Part shown: piece by piece, positions 11,560-21,923 of the stretch
How the letters are laid out: each line of letters begins with the position of its first letter
Numbering within the stretch: position 1 is the first letter of the stretch
NCBI RefSeq assembly: GCF_001194135.2
Contig: NC_068981.1
Coordinates: 159,677,188 to 159,741,187 of the forward strand
Reading direction: 5' to 3'
DNA from: Octopus bimaculoides
Taxonomy: Eukaryota
Length of the DNA stretch: 64,000 nucleotides
Notes under the pieces: model-generated
Seen by the model: only the letters and a program-made list of their open reading frames with translations
Told to the model about the DNA's origin: nothing
Database searches by the model: none
Made by a program: the position numbers and the translations under genes

Positions 11560-12213
11560 GATGATGAAGGACGACCTCAGGAACCTGAACCTTTCAAGCA
11601 AGATGGCAAAGGACTGAGATACCTGGCGCTTGGCCGTACTCAAGAAGACTTATACCCTGGAGCAGAAGTGTTAAGACCAATCCTTCTGATGGTGTAAAGC
11701 ACTAATGACAGTGCCATGTAAAAGTGCCTGTGCAGAATCATGTAAAAGCGCCTATGTGATACCAAATAAAAGCATCCAGTTCACTCTGTAAAGTGGAAGG
11801 GCATCCAACCAATAGAAACCATGCCAAATCAGACTGGAGTCCGCTGCTGCCAGTTTTGGTTAAACCCATGCCAGCATGGGCAACAGACATCATCATCATC
11901 ATCGTTTAACGTCCGCTTTCCATGCTAGCATGGGTTGGACGATTTGACTGAGGACTGGTGAAACCGGATGGCAACACCAGGCTCCAATCTAATTTGGCAG
12001 AGTTTCTACAGCTGGATGCCCTTCCTAACGCCAACCACTCAGAGTGTAGTGGGTGCTTTTACGTGTCACCCGCACAAGAGCCAGTCCAGGGGCACTGGCA
12101 ACGATCTCACTTGGCTTGCCGGGTCTTCTCACGCACAGCACATTTCCAAAGGTCTCGGTCAGTAGTCATCGCCTCGGTGAGGCCCAATGTTCGAAGGCCT
12201 TAATGGTGGTGGT

Positions 12214-12255
<42 letters not shown>

Positions 12256-12474
12256 NNNNNNNNNNNNNNNNNNNNNNNNNNNNNGGTACTGGCAACGGTC
12301 ATGCTCAAGATGGTACATCTTATGTGCCACCCACACAAGAGCCAGTCCAGGGGCACTGGCAACGATCTCACTTGGCTTGCCGGGTCTTCTCACGCACAGC
12401 ACATTTCCAAAGGTCTCGGTCAGTAGTCATCGCCTCGGTGAGGCCCAATGTTCGAAGGCCTTAATGGTGGTGGT

Positions 12475-12480
<6 letters not shown>
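11560..12480. mobile_element. RTE-LINE 3'-end copies joined tail to tail (plus 11560-11890; minus 11886-12480, with a duplicate across the gap)
   Basis: (CAT)n GTTTAACGTCCGCTTTCCATGCTAGCATGGG...CTGGATGCCCTTCCTAACGCCAACCAC family, with the same 3' end as the RTE remnant at 26016-27240. Confidence 0.8.
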
Positions 12481-12521
<41 letters not shown>

Positions 12522-12824
12522 TTGTCCTGGCTCTGTGATAGTTGCAAACCAGTGTCAGCATCATGCAAGTGCTGTCGTTCAGTTCTAATCGTCCATTGAA
12601 ACATGTCCAGCCATGGGAAACATCTACTGCCTTGATTGGAAACAAGTGAATGTTGATAACAGAAAGGGCTTTTTACCACACAGCCATGCCTGTGCTTATA
12701 GACAAATTAGGATTGTTGAGAAAAGCAGAAAAAACAAAAAACAAAAAAAAAACAAGAAACAAGTAAAAGAGTATGACATAAAGAACAAAAATAAAATTTT
12801 TTTTAAAAGGTTAAGTTTTAAATA

Positions 12825-12830
12825 TTTATT
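12825..12830 (-). promoter_or_regulatory. Candidate distal polyadenylation signal (AATAAA on minus strand)
   Basis: TTTATT on plus. On the minus strand it is followed ~35-100 nt downstream by a long U/GU-rich tract (12725-12790). Confidence 0.4.
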
Positions 12831-13431
12831 TAATTCTTGATATATCACTGATGTTAGTACATCATAACAAATAAAATTTCATAGTTAAAAATGTTTTAAA
12901 ATTGTTTTAGATGAAAAATCTCTAATGAATACTTTTTTTCTGTCAGTCTGCCATGCCAACAACCACATAAAAATTAAGATGAATAAGGAGGATTTGAAGA
13001 CAAACTTATGTTGATCTGATGTCAACAACACAATTAAAGCAACCTTGTATTTCTTGCTTAATTAATTTATTCTATTTAGATTTCACTTTCTGTTCATATT
13101 CACTTACCTCTCAAATAAAACTAAGTTTACTTAATTATGTTTTAATAATTCAAATACTTGCCAGTACCTCCTCCTTATAGATATTAAAAAAAAATAAAAA
13201 CAAACAAAAAAGAAAAACAGAAAAACAGTGTAAAAAATTTGACAGTGCAGAAACTGAGTAAATTTCACAGTCACTCGCTTGTAATGGGGGAAATATCCTT
13301 AATATCTAGAGATACATCTGCAAAATCAAATATGTGTGTGTATGTATGTATATCAAAAGGTAATCTATATATCCAGCTTCATATGTATGCCTTGCCAGAA
13401 CACCGAATACTCTCTTATAGGTGCTTGGAGC

Positions 13432-13462
<31 letters not shown>

Positions 13463-14305
13463 AAATACTTTTCTTTTTGTTTAGAACAGAAGACTTCAAA
13501 GCACATAAAGCTATAAATAATACTATGTAAAAATTGGGTTGCAAAACTCTTTTGGACAGAAAAAGCTCTATGTTATTTGCAGCTTTATGAGCTTCAAGAT
13601 TCACTGTTCCAAAAACACAATTATTTCACATTCTCTCAAAAGTTTATAAATTTTTATGCCATCAACACTATATGTACGTACGTATGTATGTATGTATGTA
13701 TGTATGTATGTATGTATGTATACACAAATACACTGATAAATACCTATGTGTGAAATGGCAAATTGGAAACAAAATGTATGAAATTCACTCAAATTAATGT
13801 TTCTAGTATTAACTATTGTTGGCAACATATCAGTATGAGCATGAAAGTAAAAAAAAAAAAAAAAAANNNNNNNNNNAAAAAAAAAAAAAAAAAAGCTTTA
13901 CGTGTTCAGAGAATACAATAACAAAAAACGAGATTTAAATAACCTTAACAACATTTGAACAATTTTTCAATAAAACACTTATTTACATGAACTGTTAGAA
14001 TATTTAATAATATAGCTAGATACTCAATGTAAACCTAACCATTTAATTATGAAATGGGAGTAGATAATAAAACTTTTCATTAAGCTTCACTGAATATAAT
14101 AACACAAACAAAATTGCCAAGTTTCATGGCACCACCATATTTATTGTATGATTTTGGTTATTATGAACTATAAACTAAAAAAAAACCATGCACCTTTTAA
14201 AACAGAAGCCAGTCGCTCTCTTTGCTCTAGTCGATAAAAAACGAGAAAATAATGCACATGCACACACAAAGAAAAAGAAATGGCAGACATGCCTTCTTCA
14301 CAAAT

Positions 14306-14358
14306 ATTTGTAACAATGTAAGAAGTTTTGTAACAATGTAAGAAGTTTTGTAACAATG
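14306..14358. repeat. 20-bp tandem repeat (TTGTAACAATGTAAGAAGTT, ~2.6 copies)
   Basis: Direct inspection. Confidence 0.9.
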
Positions 14359-17300
14359 GTTGTTGAAATAGATTCTTACAACAGCAGTGCTTTTCATTTA
14401 GTCTCAGTACCAACACTTTCTCGAATATTTTCAGCCAAAAAGCTGAATCAAATTAGCCATGCAAGTTAAAATTTCATTCTTGTTAAAATGACTTAATAAC
14501 AACCAAAAACAAATAGAAAGCAATATCTTAAATATTTTGGCAAATAAGAATATCATTAAATCAAATCTTTAACATTGTCTCAAAAATTTTTAAAAAAATA
14601 AACAGTAATTCCTTTTTCTACATATCATCAACAACAACTGGTCAAATTAACTTCAGACTAAGGTTGGGATAATATTGCAATATGAAAACTAGAAAATAAT
14701 TAAAAGACGATGTAATATAAACCAGCCAAATCAATATTTCAAAGTAAAACCCAATGATAATTGAGAGAGATTTATTAAAACAAATTTTCTTTGAAGATAT
14801 ATCCTCAATGGAGGATGATATATAATAATGATGAAATTATTGTGTTTAGTGCTCAGGTGACCACAACTCATCAAAGGTGCAGGTATAGTACATAGAATTA
14901 TGTACAAAAGCCAGGAAAGTGAACAGTGTATGAGTCATGATATACATGTGTGCATGTGTATGGAGGGGGGGGGGATATCAGGTGTAGTATCGGGGAATTT
15001 CAGGAAGCATGGAGATTTTAAAGGATGCAATGTATCGGCACAGAAGATCTGTCTATATTTATTTACTTTTCCTTGTCACTAGTTAACTGTCGGAAGATTA
15101 TCATTAGCAAAGATTTATATAATCTATTCAAAAACAGTAATATGTTAGAACCTGATTAAAATCAACAAACTGGGAGCTGAGTAAGGAAGGAAAAAATAAA
15201 AGAAAAAAACATTTTTGATAATAATATAATTGATAATCATTATTCTGATCTAAAATAAATGTGCCACAAGTCACTACCCCAAGACCATTCTAACAGGGAA
15301 AGTGTGAAAGGGAAGAGATCAAAAGACTATTGAAGACATTTGTGTGGGTTGATGACATCAAAAAATGGATTCGAAACAAGAGTCTGACTGACCGTATACA
15401 TGCAATGCAACACAGAGGGAACTGGAGAGTCTTGGCAAGCCAAACTCTACACCCAGAGAGAGCACCTGGCTGGTGATGAAAATAAATATATAAATAAACT
15501 GAGTGTATGTGGTGCTTTACATCCAATTTTTCTAGACAGAATAAGTTGGATAGGTTAAACTCAATTGTTTTTTTTCACATTAGACACTTTTCTAACTGCT
15601 GATCACTAATCCACAGAATGTTTTTTATGATATTTTTTTTTTCTGTGAGTGGGACAAGAAGAAGAAATGTAGTCAGATAAGCTGGCACAAACTGATTTAT
15701 GGTGTCTTGTTCAAAGGCAAAAGCAAAATGGCTAAAGTTAGTTAGTACTTGAGACCATATGATCGATAAGTAGTCCAGTATCTAAATCTTGCAAACATTG
15801 TACAAGACAAATTATTCCATTATTGATCAAGCTGTTGATACATAAAAGCAATCATTCAGTACACCAAGGTATAAAAACTATAGTCTTTGGTTTAGCCTTC
15901 CAAAATCAGAGTAAATTTGATACAAAAGACTGCTGCTTAACACACATTCATTTACTGGTTTTAGTCATTGGACTGTGACAATGCTGAGGAACCATATTCT
16001 GGGGTATAGTTGAACATATTGACCCCAATACACACATTTATTGAGTGATACTTATTTTACCAACCTTGAAACGATAAAAGACTAAGTTGACCTGGGCAGG
16101 ATTTGAACTCAGAATGTGAAGTGATGTAACCAATTACAAGCTATTTGGTTATGCACGTTCAATTTAGTCAAAATGCACAGAATATATACATATACACACA
16201 TATGTATACACAGATGTACATATACACACTTGCACACAAACAAACACATTTATACACATATATACATGTAAGTATTTGTTTTATATAAATGATATACTCT
16301 TGATCTTGCATAATTTCGTTAGAGTAAACAATATTTTGTTTTAGATGATGCTTCCTTTTCCTCGTTATAATTAGTCTTTGCCCTCCTAAAATTAATATTC
16401 TAAAAATTCATCTTTAGAAGTTATAACATCAGGTTTGCAAATGCTGAAGAGAACGAAAATCAAATTTGGTAATTTCTACCTTTTATTTAGTTTATTTACA
16501 GAGTCAAGCAGTTACACTTCAAAACTCAGACTCAAAATCCTGGGAGCTTGTTGAATTCTGTTTTATAACGTTTGGACATATTTTAACAAAACCAGATATG
16601 TAATATTGAAGTCAGGCCTGTATTATACTTTTATTCATATTAATCAAATATTAAAGTGAAAAAAAAAACAAAACAAAAGTAAACTATGTAGTTTGTAACA
16701 GTTCATAAACATCAAGTTCATTTATCCACAAGAAAAAGAAAATATTCTTATTTAATTGATTGTCACTTGATGGTTATTTTCTTCTTTACTATGTATGCCA
16801 ACTGATATTTTCATTTTCTTCATTTTTATAGATTTGTTTCAGAAAACTTCCCTGGATTTCCTATTTACATAAAAATTATAGAAACTTGTTTTGTTAAGTA
16901 ATGTATAACACAAGAGAATGAAGTTGAAATAAACAAAACTAAGTCACCAGCTAGCATAAATAAAAATCTTTAAATAAGATCACATTTCTTCAATTAACTC
17001 TTTCATTGTCATTTGTAACTTTAGTCAAAGTAGCAAGTGGACTGCTTTACATGACTTGAATACAAGCAAGCTGCCCTATTAAACTACAGTTGAATAAAAA
17101 ATATTTGATTTTATTTGGTTTAGTGAGTCGCCAAAAAACTCCAGAAACCTTTATTTTCAAATTGCATGGCTGTTTTAACTGGTCGTGGACTTGGTTTTAG
17201 TTTACTGAGATATATATCACCTTCCCACTTTACTGGTCTAAATCAATAATATTAGCACAAGATCACAAATTTGGAGGGATATAAACAAATTGATTCCAGT

Positions 17301-18400
17301 AAATTACTGGTATCTTGTTCATTCTACCCCTCCCCCATAGGATGAAAGGCAAAGACCAGCAATTACTTGCAAGCAGAATGCAAAGTGACATCACTGAAAA
17401 CCACATAACCTGTGGCCATTGTAACACTGAAAGTGTTAATAGACAAATTGCTAACATTATTTAAATAAAAAAAGTACAAAATGATAATTAAAAAGGACTA
17501 GATAATGATTATTCAGAAATAATAAACCTATCTAATTTCTTAACAGAAATACTAGCACTGATATAACAACAGAATACATGAAAAAAATGTTGCCTCAAGC
17601 AAGAATTTGTTTTAACAAATCAATTTTCTAAAAATAATTTATTAAAAGACTTGAGCTAATCTATTAAGTCATTTGTTTTTAGTACTGGCACTTCAATCTG
17701 TTTTAAATTTACATTCCTGAGCAAGCTATATTTCATTGTAATATTTCCATTTCTCAACAAATCATATATTTAAAACACACAGAATTATGAAGAGGGACAA
17801 TGATATGTCATATCTGATTTACTCTTGGACAGTTCATTCAATTCAGGGAAAAGAACAAAAAAAAAAATAAAATAAATAAAATAAAACAATTTTATTTAGA
17901 GAGAAAAAAATTTTTTTAACCAAGGTGCAGAATCATTTCCTATTTTCCTTCATTAAAACATAAGTCTATGGTTTGTTGAAAATATATANNNNNNNNNNNN
18001 NNNNNNNNNNNNNNNNNNNNNNNNNNNNNNNNNNNNNNNNNNNNNNNNNNNNNNNNNNNNNNNNNNNNNNNNNNNNNNNNNNNNNNNNNNNNNNNNNNNN
18101 NNNNNNNNNNNNNNNNNNNNGATTTACTCTTGGACAGTTCATTCAATTCAGGGAAAAGAACAAAAAAAAAAATAATAAAGAGTAAGTGAAAAAGAGACAG
18201 GGAGAGAAGCCTAGCTAGCTACCCAAACCTTCAAGGCAGCTTCCTAGCTTTCTCCACCCTTTTCTCTCTTTCTCAACACTCCTCCTATGTGTGCTTAGTG
18301 GTTTGATGGCATATTTAGGCCCATGGCAGAATGGTGGCCTGTGTTAATTTTACAACAGTCAGAAACATTATCCAAAGTTCAAATACTGATGCAAATACAC

Positions 18401-18515
18401 TCATCCCTTCGCTTGTTTTTGAATATGTTGAACGAATTCATAATAAGACATAGTTGATTCTGTTCGGTCTTCCACAAAATGCTGGAAAAACAAATGTTTT
18501 CGTTTGCTGTCTTCT
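18401..18515 (-). CDS. Sec24AB: Sec24AB terminal coding exon 21 (115 nt to TGA)
   Basis: Acceptor tttatttcag|A GAA; [37 protein letters not shown]; matches the Sec24 C-terminal EDR...SYYEFL motif. Confidence 0.96.
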
Positions 18516-19063
18516 CTGAAATAAACAAACGGAAAAAAAAAAAACATTTAATCAGTTGAACACTCAGAAGATATACACAGTCAGAACAAATATTACATGT
18601 TTACAGTGTAACTGCTTAGAATAGCATTATGGAAATATGTAAAGAAATACCAGAGGATTTTTGATAAAGAAAAAAAAAAAAGATATAAATAAAGCTATTT
18701 CATTATCTTAATTGTCTTTGTAATTATCTTAAATGTTGAATTATAACTTATTTTCCAGCAATTATTCCCAAACAGTTAATTGTTCTTACCGAAGTATGAT
18801 AAAGCTACAACCATAAGGCCGAGAATCCATTAAACTGTAAATGAACAAGTGCAGTCTTTCTGATGTAGGATTGTCCCGTTCTGGCAAGGAAGTCTTTGTA
18901 AAGAAAGAAGGAAAATTATAAACATATATTGCTACATTACTTAACAAGAATTTTTGACAAAGAAAAACTTTATTTTTACACAAAAAGCCCGCGGGCATAT
19001 GGCGTAATGGTTAAGAGCACGGGCTACTAACCCCAAGATTCTGAGTTCGATTCCAGGTAGTGA

Positions 19064-19103
<40 letters not shown>

Positions 19104-21878
19104 TTTATTATTTGAAGAAATGAATTATCTGATATAAAAATAGAATTATAGTAAAACTGCTACAAGATTTTATACACAAATAAAAAGGAAAAAGACTACC
19201 TCATATCTTCTTCCTTCCTACATGCAAATATTCATGGATTTCAGTCCAACCATGACTACGATCCAATATATTTTAGTCACGTAAAACCATACACCTTATT
19301 CATCACTAAAACCTGCTATTACCCTCAAACAGTACGCTTCTGAGATAACCCTTACTGTCACCAATTCTTTAATTTTCCCTCCCTAAGGATATCAACTAAT
19401 GAAATGTGCAATGTCTTCCACCTATAAGAAGTGCATAAATTATGCATAAATGTTGTCGTCGTTGTCGTTTAACGTCCGCTTTCCATGCTAGCATGGGTTG
19501 GACGATTTGACTGAGGACTGGTGAAACCAGATGGCTACATCAGGCTCCAATCTGATTTGGCAGAGTTTCTACAGCTGGATGCCCTTCCTAACGCCAACCA
19601 CTCAGAGAGTGTAGTGGGTGCTTTTACGTGTCACCCGCACGAAGGCCAGTCAGGCGGTACTGGCAACGGCCACGCTCATCTCGCTCGAGAAACCTCATGT
19701 GTCACCCGCACAAGAGCCAGCCCAGGGGCACCGGCAACGATCTCGCTAGAAAATCCTACAACCCCACACAAGAGCCAGTTCAAGGGCACCGGCAACGATC
19801 TCGCTCGAAGAAATTTCATGTGTCACCCGCATCTATTAGAACTTTCAAAATAACAAAGAGTTGTTATTTGAAGGATGTAAATTGATAGTATATAATTAAC
19901 ACTTCATTAGAAAACAGAATTAATACTTACCAGTCCATCACATAACGAAGAGAAATTAGGCTTGTCAAAAACGTCCTGACAGAACCGATCACTAATAGCA
20001 CCACCAATGAATAGAATCATAGAGTCAACTACATCTAATAAATAGGCACCATGTCTGTCCAAATTGGCTGCTGACAGCTGTAGTACAGGTGCCCAAGGAA
20101 CACTATTACCACCCCGATCAGTCACGTGCTGCAAAAGAATAAACAGAAATACCAATCACTTACACGGCCAAATTCAAAGAATTATAATTTACAAATCACA
20201 CATCTTCAATAAATAAATAAAAGGTCAACAAAATTTTTTTATTTGCTGTATGGGGTTTGTAGTGGTAGACCAGAAAGGGAGAGATGAAAGGGTGTTGTGA
20301 TGGTAGAGAAACTGTAGGGAGAGGAGAGTAAAAGAAATAGAGAGAAAGAGTGATGGTTGGGAGTGAGTGAGCAAGTGTCACAGGCGGTGAGATGAGAGAT
20401 ATGACTGATCAAGTGATGACTGAAGTGAGCATGTGATAATTGGTGGGGGGAGAGAAGGTAGACACAAGTAGAGCAATGGGGAAGGACCAATACAGTCTTT
20501 GATTCATATGTAGGTATAGTGAAGAATGGAGGAAGGATAGAATGGTGCTAGTGGTGGTATGCAGGGTGGCCATCTATGTTTGCAAACCTTTATAACTGTT
20601 GAAAGAGAAATGGTAGTGTCTAAGGGATAGAAATGAGATGATTGAAATGAATAGAGAGATGGATAAAAGAGGGAAGGCACAGTGGTTAATCAATTCTTCT
20701 TAAATACAAATAAGATACATATGAAAAAAAAAGGCATCAGAGGGTGATGCATACCCTGTGCACACACAAGGTTAAAATAAAATTTAGGGCATCCATCTGT
20801 AGAAACTCTGCCAGGTCAGATTGGAGCCTGGTGTAGCCATCTGGTTCACCAGTCCTCTGTCAAATCGTCCAACCCATGCCAGGATGGAAAGCAGACGTTA
20901 AACGATGATGATGATGATGAATATATTCTCACACAAATTCATATTTCAACAAAATGACATCGAGTTATTTCCTCCTGATTATCGTTTATGAATATGTAAC
21001 AAAGAAGAAAAGACATTTTGATTCACTCGTCCACCAATAATGAGCTTGAACCACTTACCCAATGAATATTTCTGCTAAATTTGGTGAAAATTCTTCCAGC
21101 CAGTTTCCAGTAATTTTGCTAACACACAGACAAAGACTAGCGACTACAATACCCTACCTTTGCTTATGCATGGTCAAAATATATAAAGCTTTGTAATATA
21201 CATCTAAGTATTTAAAATTCTAACATGTGCCAGCGCCATGTAAAAGCATCAAATACACTCTGTAAAGTGGTTGGTGTTAGATAGGGCATCAAGCCATAGA
21301 AACCATACCAAAAGAGATAATTGGAGCCTGGGCAACTTTCCAGCTGGCTAGCTCCTGTCAAATCGTCCAACCCATGCCAGCATGGGAAATAGACATATGA
21401 TGATGATGTATCTCATGCATTCTCCACACATCATGGTAAAGGGGACATTAAAATGATGATGTGCCACAAACATTGTCAGTGAAGACAGAGGACATTCAGT
21501 AACTGAAGTTGGACAAGCATTTTTTATTGATTGTACAGCATAACTGTTAAGAAAATGCCTGAATATGAGTGAGAAATGAACTTAGTATTAGAATTTGTAT
21601 AGACAAGATATGACATAACTGCTCTGAACTTCAGATAATACAGGGAAATATTAATAGAGATGGGGAAAGAGATGATCAGAATTACATTAGGAGTAAAGAA
21701 TATAAACCTTTCAGAAATATTTCAAAATGTTTTTTTTTACAATTAACTAACTTAGAATAAAAATAGATCACAGCTGTAGACATGGTTGTGTGATTAAGAA
21801 GCTTGCTTCACAACCACATGGTTTCAGGTTCAGTCCCTGTGAGCGCACCTTGGACAAACATCTACTATAGCCAAGGGC

Positions 21879-21923
<45 letters not shown>

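Noticed and set aside
12070-12480. ~180-bp exact tandem duplication ending in (TG)n around the 12256-12284 gap
   Set aside because: The copies are identical and split by a gap next to a microsatellite, so a scaffolding artefact is probable.
17811-18180. ~65-bp direct repeat on both sides of the gap (17817-17880 and 18121-18178)
   Set aside because: Most likely an unmerged contig overlap; read support is needed before calling a duplication.
18991-19066. Functional tRNA gene
   Set aside because: The acceptor stem does not pair and it runs straight into an (AAT)n tail; better explained as a SINE or pseudogene.
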